Part shown: piece by piece, positions 21,301 to 30,656 of the stretch
Layout of the letters: each line of letters starts with the position of its first letter
How positions within the stretch are numbered: position 1 is the first letter of the stretch
Origin: Rubripirellula sp.
GTDB taxonomy: Bacteria > Planctomycetota > Planctomycetia > Pirellulales > Pirellulaceae
Direction of reading: 5' to 3'
NCBI GenBank assembly: GCA_965216875.1
Contig: OZ244207.1
Coordinates: forward strand, 5,696,001-5,760,000
Length of the DNA stretch: 64,000 bases
Translations under genes and position numbers: made by a program
The notes under the pieces: generated by a model
Database searches by the model: none
Seen by the model: only the letters and a program-made list of their open reading frames with translations
What the model was told of the DNA's origin: nothing

Positions 21301-21692
21301 GCGGACTGAAGCGATCTGGCGACCACTTCGGCGTGAGCTGCTAGCCATTGGTCGCGGCCGCCAACTAAATGCTCGGGCGTGGCAAGGAAAAGCACACCGT
21401 TGCTGCCGTCATCCAAAGTCTTGGCGGCAAGCCAGCGGGCGAAGGGACTTGGCCCACTGTCGATGACGACATAGCGGCCAACCTTCAAGCTGCGCCCCTC
21501 CAGAATCGAGCCGGCTTGGTATTCGCTCAGCTGACCGTTCTTGATCAGAAACTTCGCCAACGAAACGGCTTCGCTTGGGGGAGTTCCGCCGTTTGCATCA
21601 CAGAACGCAGCCGCAATCTTCTTGCACCCATCGGGGTCGGTGATGCCACTTTCAACGAGACGGGTCCAAAACTCGCTAAGGGCGATCGACAT
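18303..21692 (-). CDS. membrane-anchored Ser/Thr kinase-like protein (probable pseudokinase) with large extracytoplasmic domain
   Basis: LHARNLVHG, FCAPE, SDIYALGCLIYCLATG, KNPASRF; Pro/Ala/Thr linker; RRRKKKK then a TM helix. Confidence 0.85.
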   Translation of the reverse strand: MSIALSEFWTRLVESGITDPDGCKKIAAAFCDANGGTPPSEAVSLAKFLIKNGQLSEYQAGSILEGRSLKVGRYVVIDSGPSPFARWLAAKTLDDGSNGVLFLATPEHLVGGRDQWLAAHAEVVARSLQSAVIENLGEQTTVFAPLPEGCVATPSALGKRRACEVGIAVAEAIAALHARNLVHGSVRLDRIWLGSAGETLLLRDPSGPPSSPLAQDPHGWLDPSTSPLAFCAPELAVEGAACDQASDIYALGCLIYCLATGRMPAEGSTQAELLAAHAEQTPAEIVDAVQKGETGDPLFRVLGFAVAKNPASRFATSQQFCEALQATLPLIDEAEPPVAAIIQDEPAAETVAATETSTPEPPPIAAPPAVEENAVPPKAENQKAKTKPAPPKPSLSQRKPKATQPTTPSSKAESSRPATKQPKSKKSKSKPTAPPVTKASTSSQPKNAKASTGDPQAATKPTEPAETNDAPSMSAAKERDADATAAEVTETTTNGEGETAAAPPIESPAEPPVVAASDVAITTDDASGESTGPPAANTSAASTSAASTSAASTSAASASAPARTVRRRKKKKSRAPIILGAMCVPILLMLMFLIVGGGGEEEKKPRTRPPIPDVIPSVTGRSTAQESDPVDPMPAVAGYELIEDDRLLWVPPYGTDSKSASLELLPPGPGVVMSVNLASINQSPVGDSLVDAFSPELGQLLSQVATRAKVDASEIKRCGVALHPGKDGWPDVSLAIELVSPKPLKQLTEDWDAFESKTRTGATIYAGDEEGTDAYYIAPDDKDDAGNVARFAVGSIPRVSEVAENEGGAIPLPRSLQNLWKATSIESDLAVLLTPNFLVADGRELLATSAPQLVAPMKSLLIPDVAAALLIADISDDNVFAELRLAPSGGISEAALMKRLSETVNAWPDWASGFMLDSVPDASWRLLWSRLEQMMSFVSRQARFGISDGAATANVYLPSRAASQVSVALLYALNTKPGSGSTVAATPQAKPLTMDEMLDRKMSVSFDQESLEFGINTVVDEFKRSLPGGSELPPVRIVGGDLEAGGITQNQQIRDFSKSDVPLRTVLTDLVLGANPDKTATGPSDPKQALIWVVADDPQASGGKAILITTRAAAATKQYTLPREFKVDP
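20014..20090 (-). repeat. intragenic 15-bp tandem repeat x5 (AASTS)
   Basis: gcagaggtactggcc repeated. Confidence 0.9.
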
Positions 21693-22177
21693 ACTTGCCT
21701 TCAACAGGGTGGGATCGAGGAGGAGAATCGGCGAAATTCGGGTGCCTACGGCACCTCGCTGGTTTACCAATCACGGGCTGCTCTACCAGTCATCGGGTCG
21801 GCGGGGACTGGTCGTACGGCGAGCCTCTTTCAGGTAAAGGCTGTGGTAGCCGCCGGTCGTCCTGGGCGTGCGGTCATTTGTCGCCAGAACCGGCAAGACG
21901 GCACCACCTAATTCTAGTCTGACATCGAAGGGTTGCGGAGGCAGCGACAAATGCTGCCCGGTTCTCCCCCGTTAGAACCAGTTCGCGGCCCGAATGTCAC
22001 ACCTCAAAGATTGCCGAGACCTTAGGGCCTAACAAGGCAACGCGAAATCGAACAAAAAGAGCGTGTCACAACTCGTCCCCGAAGCCGGTTCCAATGTGGT
22101 CCTGCCCAGGCGCGATGACTAAACTCGATGCCACAATAAAGATTCGCCCCCATGATGCCCGCAGCTCGAGACCCAGC

Positions 22178-23680
22178 GTGAACGTCGTTTACCTCACCTC
22201 AGAAGCCGTTCCTTTCGCAAAGACGGGCGGTCTTGCCGACGTTTGTGGAACGTTGCCAGCTCGGGTCGCAGCGATGGGTCACCGCGCCACGATCATCATG
22301 CCCGCCTTTCGCAGCATTCGAAACGGTGGCGTGCCAGTTGAATCGACCGACATCAGTTTTGCGGTACCAATGGGAGACCAGAAACTGATTGGTTGCCGGT
22401 TGCTCAAGAGCAAGTTGCCAGAAGGCGACGTTACCGTCTGGTTCATTGATCAACCGCAATACTTCGACCGCGATTCGATCTACGGAACTTCGGCGGGAGA
22501 CTACCCCGACAACGCAGAGCGATTCGCCTTTTACTGCCGCGCGGCCATCCAAGCCATCCGCCGCATCGGATGGACGGTCGACATTGTCCATTGCAACGAT
22601 TGGCAATCGGGGCTCGTGCCCGCATTGATGGCCGCCGACCCAAGTCCACAACCGTGGATGCATCGCGCGGCCACCGTCATGACCATCCACAACCTGGCCT
22701 ATCAAGGTCAGTTCCCCAAGTCAGCGTTTGCGTGGACAGGACTTGGGTGGGAGCACTTTCGACAAGAGTCGTTCGAGTTCCACAACCAACTGAATTTCTT
22801 GAAGACCGGCATCATTAGCGCCGACGCAATCACAACGGTCAGCCCCAAGTACGCCGAAGAAATACGCACATCACAACGTGGCTGCGGACTCGAATCGGTC
22901 CTTGAATATGTCTCACACCGATTGACGGGCATCACCAACGGCATCGACAAAACGATCTGGAATCCCAAGACCGACTTGAAGCTCAGCCATCACTACGACG
23001 TCGACAACTGGCGTGAAGGCAAAGCAGGCAACAAACATTCGTTGCAAACACAATTCGGATTGGAAGTCAGCAACGATGTGCCTTTGATTGGACTTGTCGG
23101 TCGGCTCGCCCAACAGAAGGGATGGGACCTGATCGTTCCCGCGATTCGCTGGCACCTCGAACAGAATCGCCCCACCCAGTGGATCGTGCTTGGCAGCGGC
23201 GACGCTCACTACGAACAACAACTGCGCGAGCTCGCAGCCGAGTACCCACAACGATTCGCATTGCATGTTGGCTTCCATGACGCGCTTGCTCATCGGATCG
23301 AAGCTGGCTCGGATGTGTTCGTGATGCCAAGTCACTACGAACCTTGCGGGTTAAACCAACTTTACAGCCTGCGTTATGGCACTGTGCCGATTGTCACACC
23401 CACCGGCGGCTTGGCGAACACCGTTGTTGATTGCAGCGATGACACACTTGCTGACAAAACTGCAACAGGGTTTTACATCAAAGACTTCACACCCGAAGCG
23501 CTCGACGATGCGATCGGACGTGCGCTTCATTTGCGCTACCATCGTCCCGACGACTGGGCTCAGTTGGTAGAGACCGGCATGACGCAAGATTGGTCGTGGA
23601 CGAAGAGTGCGAGCGAGTACGTCCGTCTTTACGAGGAAACGCTTGCCCTTAAACGCCAGACAATGCCAAGCTCTCCGTAA
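22178..23680 (+). CDS. glgA: glycogen synthase
   Basis: KTGGLADV, HCNDWQ, TIHNLAYQG, GRLAQQKG, EPCGLNQ; GTG start. Confidence 0.95.
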   Translation: MNVVYLTSEAVPFAKTGGLADVCGTLPARVAAMGHRATIIMPAFRSIRNGGVPVESTDISFAVPMGDQKLIGCRLLKSKLPEGDVTVWFIDQPQYFDRDSIYGTSAGDYPDNAERFAFYCRAAIQAIRRIGWTVDIVHCNDWQSGLVPALMAADPSPQPWMHRAATVMTIHNLAYQGQFPKSAFAWTGLGWEHFRQESFEFHNQLNFLKTGIISADAITTVSPKYAEEIRTSQRGCGLESVLEYVSHRLTGITNGIDKTIWNPKTDLKLSHHYDVDNWREGKAGNKHSLQTQFGLEVSNDVPLIGLVGRLAQQKGWDLIVPAIRWHLEQNRPTQWIVLGSGDAHYEQQLRELAAEYPQRFALHVGFHDALAHRIEAGSDVFVMPSHYEPCGLNQLYSLRYGTVPIVTPTGGLANTVVDCSDDTLADKTATGFYIKDFTPEALDDAIGRALHLRYHRPDDWAQLVETGMTQDWSWTKSASEYVRLYEETLALKRQTMPSSP

Positions 23681-23806
23681 TAGCGGAAAACACGAGGTTT
23701 TTTGACACTTTCAGCTCGGAAAAAACCTTAGATGCGGTACGATTGCCACGCTACGCGCAACGCAACTTGACGCGTTTGATTCCGCTTCTGGTGAGACGAG
23801 CCACCG

Positions 23807-24946
23807 ATGATTGAAGCCGCAAAACCCAAACCGGTATCGAGCCAAACGGACCAAGGTTCTATCGAGGGAAGTGCTCAATCAAGGCTTGATCCCATCACCG
23901 GTGACTGGACGATCTTTGCACCCGATCGAGGCAAACGGCCCGACGACTTCAAGGTCACCGAAACGGTCACGAGCGAGCCGGTCGCTTGCCCCTTCTGCCG
24001 CGGACACGAAAACGACACGCCACCGCCAGTATGGACCGGTAAGGTGGTCGACGATCGCCTCGAAATCAACAAGAGCGGCGGAACCCATTCACAGTCGTGG
24101 AACGTGCGTGTTGTTCCCAACAAGTTCCCAGCGGTCACGCCCGCAGACAACCTCGCTCCACCCAACGCATTCGGCGCACCGCAACCAAGCATTTTTCAAA
24201 GCCACCCGCTTGCTGGTGGACACGAGGTGATCATCGAGTCACCCGAGCACGTTCAATCGCTCACGCAACTCGATGTCGCCGAAACCAACCTGGTCTTTCA
24301 CGCGTATCGCGATCGCATTCGTTACTGGCGCGACCAACCGAACATTCAATCGATCAGCGTCTTCAAGAACGTAGGTGGACAAGCGGGCGCGTCGCTGCAG
24401 CACTCGCACAGTCAACTCATTGCACTTGACCGCATGCCCAAATCGGTTGCGGGAACGATCGAACGACTGCAACACCACCAAGCAACGACCGGCTGCTGCC
24501 TGCAATGCGATCTGATTCGTGCTGAATTGAAATCGAAACAGCGGGTGATCACACAAACCGATGACCTGATCGCCTTCTGCCCCTTTGCAAGCCGATTGCC
24601 CATGCTGATTCGCGTCACAAGCAAAGCCCACCAAGCTTGCTTTGAAGATCTCGAGAGCGAGACGATCGAATCGGTTTCCCGACTGGTCACGCGTGCCGTT
24701 TCCTGGCTCGAAAGCCTCCACCGCGGTGTTTCCTACAACCTGCTGCTTCACACTCGACCGCCAGCGGCCCCGGGCGGCAATGAACCCTACCAATGGTCGA
24801 TCGACATCTTTCCACGACTGACCCAGATCGCGGGCTTCGAGTGGAGCACCGATTGCATGATCAACCCCGTCCTGCCCGAAACCGCGGCCGCGCGATACCG
24901 AACCTGTGTCGCGGCGGAAAACCCACGGCACATCCTACGTAGCTAG
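23807..24946 (+). CDS. GalT-like nucleotidyltransferase (HIT superfamily)
   Basis: R.DPITGDW, CPFC, VVPNKFPA, HEVIIESP, FKNVG.AGASLQHSHSQ, AGFE, INPVLPE. Confidence 0.88.
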   Translation: MIEAAKPKPVSSQTDQGSIEGSAQSRLDPITGDWTIFAPDRGKRPDDFKVTETVTSEPVACPFCRGHENDTPPPVWTGKVVDDRLEINKSGGTHSQSWNVRVVPNKFPAVTPADNLAPPNAFGAPQPSIFQSHPLAGGHEVIIESPEHVQSLTQLDVAETNLVFHAYRDRIRYWRDQPNIQSISVFKNVGGQAGASLQHSHSQLIALDRMPKSVAGTIERLQHHQATTGCCLQCDLIRAELKSKQRVITQTDDLIAFCPFASRLPMLIRVTSKAHQACFEDLESETIESVSRLVTRAVSWLESLHRGVSYNLLLHTRPPAAPGGNEPYQWSIDIFPRLTQIAGFEWSTDCMINPVLPETAAARYRTCVAAENPRHILRS

Positions 24947-24998
24947 GACGATTCGGCAGGCGCGTCCACCAGCAGAAATCCTTGCCCAAGTTCACTCA

Positions 24999-25211
24999 AC
25001 TGAGCCGCGATCGCGTAAGCGGCTGGGCCTTGCTCGCCTTCACACTCGCTGCGCATCGGCAAGGGCACGAGGCCTGACGGCCGGCGGCTCACAGGCACTG
25101 CGCAAGAAGTTGCCCTGATGGCACCAAGATTGCAATCCGCAGCACTAGCGTGTTCGGCTCACGTAAACGCGCAGCCCCAGCTTTCAACCACGCCCTGGCG
25201 AGCGTAGCCAC
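24999..25211. repeat. cluster of short palindromic extragenic repeats
   Basis: gagccgcgatcgcgtaagcggc (related copies at 27781, 27911); aagggcacgaggcctgacggccggcggctca (reverse complement near 34885); ctagcgtgttcggctcac (cf. 58864); half of REP family C at 25188-25211. Confidence 0.7.
25119..25134 (+). promoter_or_regulatory. putative sigma54 -24/-12 promoter
   Basis: TGGCAC-CAAGA-TTGCA, an exact match to TGGCAC-N5-TTGCW. Confidence 0.5.
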
Positions 25212-25605
25212 GACCCTACGCACGCCTGTTTCCCCCGTGAAACTTGACGTGACGAAATCCGTTGGACTTTGCTGCCAACTTTGGCCGATAGAACCAAGTG
25301 CACGGTCGACTCTAAGGATTGGGTTGTCCTATTGGATCATGACGATGATCCCACAAAACCTCCCCTATTTTCGATCCTAACTGCATTCGTTCCGCTCCCG
25401 ACACCATTCGGAAAATCGCACGAACACCCTACAATCGGTCGCTCTTCGTTGACCCGCACGCACCGAAGGCTCAACAATTGCAGCAATCGGTAGGGTTCAA
25501 CGGCGACGTTCCGTGCGACTTGGCTATCTAACGATTGCCATCTCCGAATCATCGATAGCGACTCCAAACCTTTTGCGGTCACCCCCAGCGACAACCAATA
25601 GATCA

Positions 25606-27768
25606 ATGAATCACGTTCATCTGTGCCTGGTTCTGCATAACCACCAACCCATCGGCAACTTCGACGGGGTTTTCGAACAGTCGTACCAAGACAGCTACCT
25701 GCCGTTCTTGGATGTGTTCGAACCCTACGAGCATTTGCAGATCTCTTTGCACACATCGGGGCCACTGATGATGTGGTTGGCCGAGCGTCATCCCGACTAC
25801 CTTGACCGTGTGCGTGCTCTGGTCGAAATGGGTCGCATCGAAATCATCGGCGGGCCGCAATACGAACCGATCATGACCATGTTGCCTTCACGCGACCGAG
25901 TCGGCCAAATCCAAGCCTACGCCAATTGGCTCGAACGCAACCTCGGCAGTCGCCCGACCGGTATGTGGACTCCTGAACGTGTTTGGGAGTCGTCGCTAGC
26001 CAACGACGTTGTCGAAGCGGGTATCCAGTACACCGTCCTGGACGACTTCCACTTCAAAGCCGCCGGTCTCTCCGACGAACAATTGACGGGCTACTTCCTT
26101 ACCGAAGACGCCGGGCGTGTGCTGCGAATCTTCCCTGGTTCGGAACACCTGCGATACACCATTCCGTTTCGTCCCGTCAGTGAAACAATCGACTACTGTC
26201 GCAAGGTCGCCGAAGAACATCCCGGCGCTGTGTTGACCTTCGGCGACGACGGCGAAAAGTTTGGCACTTGGCCCGATACCAAAAAGCACGTTTACCAAGA
26301 CGGCTGGTTGCGTGGATTCTTTGACGGCTTGACCGAAAACGCTGATTGGTTGCACACCATCTCGCTCGCCGAAGCGACTCGCAAGACCGCACCGGCTGGC
26401 AAGGTCTACTTGCCCGATTGCAGCTATCGCGAAATGACCGAGTGGTCGCTGCCGGTCGAAGCTCAGGAAACGTTCGACGATGTTGTGCACGCGATGGATG
26501 ACCACCCGCGTTGGGGTGACTTGAAGTCGTTTGTCCGTGGCGGCTACTGGCGCAACTTCAAAAACAAGTACGAAGAAACCAACGAAATGTACGCGCGGAT
26601 GATGAACGTCAGCGCGCGATTGGCCGAGGCGGAAGCTGCTGGTGTCGATGCAGGCGAGCTTGCCGAAATCCGTGACCACCTGTATCGCGGCCAATGCAAT
26701 TGTCCGTATTGGCACGGTGCGTTTGGCGGCATCTACCTGCCACACCTGCGCAACGCGATCTTCACCCATTTGATCGAGGCTGATACCCGACTTGATCAAG
26801 CAACCGGCACCGACCCGGCCACCGTCCAAGCAACCGCTGACGATTACAACTTCGATGGCCAGCAAGAAGTTCGCATGAGCAACGATCGGCTGTGTGCTTG
26901 GATCGCACCCGGCCGCGGCGGACGCCTGTACGAACTTGACGTGCGCGGCATCAGTCACAACCTGCTCGCCACGTTGCAACGTCGTCCCGAAAGCTATCAC
27001 CGCAAAGTCCTTTCGGGACCGAGCGACAGTGGCGACGATGTCGCGAGCATTCACGATCGCGTCGTCTTTAAGCAAGCTGACCTCGACCAACGCTTGCACT
27101 ACGACCAATTCCCTCGCAAGAGCTTGATGGATCACTTCTACGACAACGAAGCGACCCTCGAATCGGTCCAGCGCGGCGAAGCTCTCGAGCGGGGCGATTT
27201 CGTCGACCTTCCGTTCGAAACGAAACTCCGGCGCGGGTCCGATCGTGTCCAAGTGCAAATGCGTCGCGACGGCAACGCCTGGGGCATTCCCATCACGTTG
27301 ACCAAAGCGGTCACGATGGTCGCCGGCAGCGAGAAGTTGTCAGTCACCTATCTGCTAGAGAACTTGCCACCAGGGCAACCGTTGCACTTTGCGATCGAGC
27401 TGAACTTCGCTGGCCTTCCCGCTGGCGCTGATGACCGTTACTTCAGTGACGGGGATGGCAACAACCTCGGACAGCTCGGCAAGCAACTCGACTTGCAGGA
27501 CGCCAAGTTCCTGAGCCTGTCCGATCGATGGCTCGGGATCGATGTTTCGCTCGAGTTCGATCGCCCAAGCGGATTGTGGGCATTTCCAATCGAAACGGTC
27601 AGCCAAAGTGAAGGCGGTTTCGAACTTGTCCACCAGAGCGTTTGCGTTCAGCCTCACTGGATCGTCACCGGCGATGCCGACGGGCGCTGGGTTGTTCAAT
27701 TCGACATGACGACCGCGTGTGAACAACAAGCCGAAACGGTTCACGAAGAACAAGCGATCCAGCTTTAA
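25606..27768 (+). CDS. GH57 alpha-amylase/4-alpha-glucanotransferase
   Basis: HNHQP, WTPERVW (nucleophile Glu), GDDGEKFG (acid/base Asp), SYREM, QCNCPYWHG. Confidence 0.92.
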   Translation: MNHVHLCLVLHNHQPIGNFDGVFEQSYQDSYLPFLDVFEPYEHLQISLHTSGPLMMWLAERHPDYLDRVRALVEMGRIEIIGGPQYEPIMTMLPSRDRVGQIQAYANWLERNLGSRPTGMWTPERVWESSLANDVVEAGIQYTVLDDFHFKAAGLSDEQLTGYFLTEDAGRVLRIFPGSEHLRYTIPFRPVSETIDYCRKVAEEHPGAVLTFGDDGEKFGTWPDTKKHVYQDGWLRGFFDGLTENADWLHTISLAEATRKTAPAGKVYLPDCSYREMTEWSLPVEAQETFDDVVHAMDDHPRWGDLKSFVRGGYWRNFKNKYEETNEMYARMMNVSARLAEAEAAGVDAGELAEIRDHLYRGQCNCPYWHGAFGGIYLPHLRNAIFTHLIEADTRLDQATGTDPATVQATADDYNFDGQQEVRMSNDRLCAWIAPGRGGRLYELDVRGISHNLLATLQRRPESYHRKVLSGPSDSGDDVASIHDRVVFKQADLDQRLHYDQFPRKSLMDHFYDNEATLESVQRGEALERGDFVDLPFETKLRRGSDRVQVQMRRDGNAWGIPITLTKAVTMVAGSEKLSVTYLLENLPPGQPLHFAIELNFAGLPAGADDRYFSDGDGNNLGQLGKQLDLQDAKFLSLSDRWLGIDVSLEFDRPSGLWAFPIETVSQSEGGFELVHQSVCVQPHWIVTGDADGRWVVQFDMTTACEQQAETVHEEQAIQL

Positions 27769-27966
27769 TGCTCAAGTGTTCCGTGATCGCGCGAGCGGCC
27801 GGGCTTAGGAAGATCGATTGAATGAGCCACCGAGAGCACGGAGTAAGAATCCCATGGTGAATTCTGCTCGTGCTCGTGCTCGACCGCAATGAACCGGCGT
27901 CTTGCTACTAAGCCGTGATCGCGTAAGCGGCCGGGCCCCCTCTGCGCGTGGCCGGGTCTTGTCGCC

Positions 27967-28006
27967 CGCCGGATCTGCGTCGCTGTCGCTCCTTGATCCG
28001 GCCTAC
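27967..28006 (-). repeat. REP element family A copy
   Basis: Near-identical reverse complement of 3079-3118, starting 2 bp after the histidine kinase stop. Confidence 0.85.
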
Positions 28007-28008
28007 GC

Positions 28009-28734
28009 CTACCCCAAGCGTTTGGGCACGGGGAACTCGAGCACGAACTTCGTCCCCACTCTCAGCTCGCTTTGGACGCTGATGCGGCCACCGTGAGCTT
28101 CGATGATCTTGCGAGCGGTGGGCAATCCGAGCCCTGAGCCGCCTTCTTTGGTGCTGTAGAACGGTTCGAACATGTGCAGCACGGTGTTGTCGTCAACACC
28201 GCTGCCCGTGTCGATTAACTCGAGCGCCACTCCGGTCCGCGTCGAATACGTTCGCACCGAAAGGCGATCGTCACGCTCCATCGCTTCGAGCGCGTTTTTG
28301 ACCAAGTTCATCAGTGCCGCTTGCAGCGAATCGCTGTGCAACAAAATCGCGGGTAGGTCGGGGTCGAGCAGCCGAACGATGTCGATCCCGTCGGCGTCAG
28401 CCTGAGCCTGGTAGGCCCGAAGCACGATCTCAATCTGGTCGTTCAGATTTCCAGGCAACAAATCGATATCGCGCAAACGCGCGTAACGCAGGAAATCCCT
28501 CAGCAGGGCCTCCATCCGCTCGCACTGCCCGCGCACGATATCAACACGCTCTTGTGACCGCCGGCTGATCGGCGAATCGATCTCGCCCAGATCCTCGCTT
28601 AGCAGGTCGATGTTCATGTGAATCACCGACAGCGGGTTTTTGATCTCGTGAGCAAGCGAGCCCGCAAGTTCCGCCAGCTCCTCGTACTGCGCACGAATCG
28701 GATCGATATCGGCAGATGATTCGGAGGGAGACAT
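28009..28734 (-). CDS. minimal histidine kinase (HisKA + HATPase, no sensor domain)
   Basis: LAHEIKNPL, NLVKNALEA, DTGSG, FEPFYSTK, GSGLGL. Confidence 0.92.
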   Translation of the reverse strand: MSPSESSADIDPIRAQYEELAELAGSLAHEIKNPLSVIHMNIDLLSEDLGEIDSPISRRSQERVDIVRGQCERMEALLRDFLRYARLRDIDLLPGNLNDQIEIVLRAYQAQADADGIDIVRLLDPDLPAILLHSDSLQAALMNLVKNALEAMERDDRLSVRTYSTRTGVALELIDTGSGVDDNTVLHMFEPFYSTKEGGSGLGLPTARKIIEAHGGRISVQSELRVGTKFVLEFPVPKRLG

Positions 28735-29107
28735 GGGCAGACAATCTTTCGGGGTACCGATCACCGACGACAAACAGCAGCGGTGGGGTGGGTTGGACCA
28801 ATCGCCCGCGACAAGCAGTGGGGCTCGATCCGCCGGTGCGACCACCTAGAATTGTAGCGTCGGCGTGGGAAACCGAAATGACATGGGCGCACCCGCCCCA
28901 ACGCCGGCACGGCTGGCTAACACGGCTGGCTGGAGCCGCGACGAGCCGGCGATGGGCCGACCGCCGGGCGCGTGCCGATTTGCGGGTCTGGCGGCCACCA
29001 ACGGGACTCAAGCCCTTGCCGAGTGAACCATCGGCAAACTACCCTTCTCTGTCCAGAAAGAAACCTTCGACCGCATCCCTCGAACCCCAGCCGACGGGCC
29101 ATCCGAT

Positions 29108-30367
29108 ATGTCGACCGCGACGAACGAAAACGATACCGCCGATCCTTATTTCCAAACCCTTTTTGCCGAGCGAATCGGCGGGGCGAACTACGGCAAAGAC
29201 ACCGAGATCTATAAGTTCGCCAAGATCAAGCAGGCCAAGCGAAACGCGCTCGAGTCGCACCCCGACCGCAAGCTGCTTGACTTCGGGATTGGCGAAAACG
29301 ACGACATGGCCGACCCCGCGGTCCGCGACGTGATGGCCCAGGAGGTCAATAAGACCGAAAACCGTGGCTATGCCGACAACGGCGTGATCGAGTTCAAAGA
29401 GGCCGCCGCTCGCTACATGCAACGCAATTTTGGCGTCGCACTCGATCCGGCAACGGAAATCAACCATTGCATCGGCAGCAAGCCAGCCTACGCGATGTTG
29501 CCCGCCTGTTTCATCAATCCCGGCGACGTCACGCTGATGACCGTCCCGGGCTATCCGGTCGCGGGAACGCACACCCGTTACTACGGCGGCGAAGTCTTCA
29601 AACTGCCGCTGCTTCCCGAGAACGACTTCCTGCCCGATCTCGATTCGGTTCCCGACGACATCTACCGCCGCACCAAGCTGTTGGTGTTGAACTACCCGAA
29701 CTCGCCCACCGGCCGCACGGTCGCACCCGAGTTCTACGAAAAGGTTGTCGCGCTGGCCAAGGAAAAGGAATTTGTCGTCGTCCAAGATGCCGCGCACATC
29801 ATGTTGACCTTCGACGGAAAACCACGCAGCTTCCTGGAAACCCCCGGTGCGAAAGACGTCGGTGTCGAAGTCCACTCGATGAGTAAGGGCTACGACATGA
29901 TCGGTTGGCGAATGGGATTCGTTTGCGGTCACCCCCGAATCGTCTCGGCCTTCTCGGACGTCAAGGACAACAGCGACAGCGGCCAATTCATCGCCATCCA
30001 AAAGGCATCGGCTGCGGCTCTTGACGATGAGTCGATTCCCGAGCGAATCAACACCAAGTATCGTCGTCGCCTCGAAAAGCTCGTCACGGCGCTGCGTGAA
30101 TGCGGTTTCGATTGCGAAATGCCAGGCGGAACGTATTTCCTGTACACCAAGTCGCCAACCGGCACCAAATCAGGCGAGACCTTTGCTGCCGCCGAGGATG
30201 CAACGCGTCACTTGATCGAACAATTCGGCATTGTCACTGTGCCTTGGGACGACGCCGGATCGTACCTCCGATTCAGCGTCACCTATGTGGCCGATACCGA
30301 AGCCGAAGAAGACGCTTTGATGGAAGAGACCAAGAAGCGTCTCGGAGATGCCGGCCTGGTTTGGTAG
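29108..30367 (+). CDS. dapL: LL-diaminopimelate aminotransferase
   Basis: FAERIGG..YGK...YKF, GSKPA, PGYP, NYPNSPTG, QDAAH, HSMSKGYDMIGWRMG, DSGQF. Confidence 0.88.
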   Translation: MSTATNENDTADPYFQTLFAERIGGANYGKDTEIYKFAKIKQAKRNALESHPDRKLLDFGIGENDDMADPAVRDVMAQEVNKTENRGYADNGVIEFKEAAARYMQRNFGVALDPATEINHCIGSKPAYAMLPACFINPGDVTLMTVPGYPVAGTHTRYYGGEVFKLPLLPENDFLPDLDSVPDDIYRRTKLLVLNYPNSPTGRTVAPEFYEKVVALAKEKEFVVVQDAAHIMLTFDGKPRSFLETPGAKDVGVEVHSMSKGYDMIGWRMGFVCGHPRIVSAFSDVKDNSDSGQFIAIQKASAAALDDESIPERINTKYRRRLEKLVTALRECGFDCEMPGGTYFLYTKSPTGTKSGETFAAAEDATRHLIEQFGIVTVPWDDAGSYLRFSVTYVADTEAEEDALMEETKKRLGDAGLVW

Positions 30368-30465
30368 CTCCGAAGAACTGAACTGCCTCTTACGAACCCT
30401 CCCGCTTGCGGGAGGGTTGGACGCAAAGTTCGTGGAGGGAACGAACAGCGACTCACTCGGCCGCT

Positions 30466-30541
30466 GTAGCCACGCTCGCCAGAGCGTTGGGCAATCGACA
30501 GCGCCCCGTCGACAGAACCACCTTCTGGCGAAGGCAGCTAC
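30466..30541. repeat. REP family C inverted doublet (REPIN-like)
   Basis: GTAGCCACGCTCGCCAGAGCG...CCACCTTCTGGCGAAGGCAGCTAC; same family at 51410, 58575 and 58766. Confidence 0.8.
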
Positions 30542-30562
30542 GAAGCCAGTTCAGCGCATAAC

Positions 30563-30602
30563 AAAAAAGCGAGCGGATCATTTTCCGCTCGCTTTCTTTT
30601 TT
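30563..30602. terminator. bidirectional intrinsic terminator between dapL and rpsT
   Basis: aaaaaagcgagcgga-tcattt-tccgctcgctttctttttt: stem with A-tract and T-tract flanks, between convergent genes. Confidence 0.85.
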
Positions 30603-30656
30603 GATCGTGGTTGAATCGCCCCGCTCAGCGGCGATCCGTTTGGTTCGTGTCAACGA

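Noticed and set aside
25996..27258. 420-aa antisense ORF, and similar long shadow ORFs at 29039-30001, 31143-32210 and 51695-52801
   Set aside because: Lie opposite well-supported genes, have no recognisable motifs, and are expected from codon bias in GC-rich DNA
30395..30418. Perfect hairpin after dapL as an intrinsic terminator
   Set aside because: No U-tract; more likely another palindromic repeat, and a better terminator lies at 30563-30602
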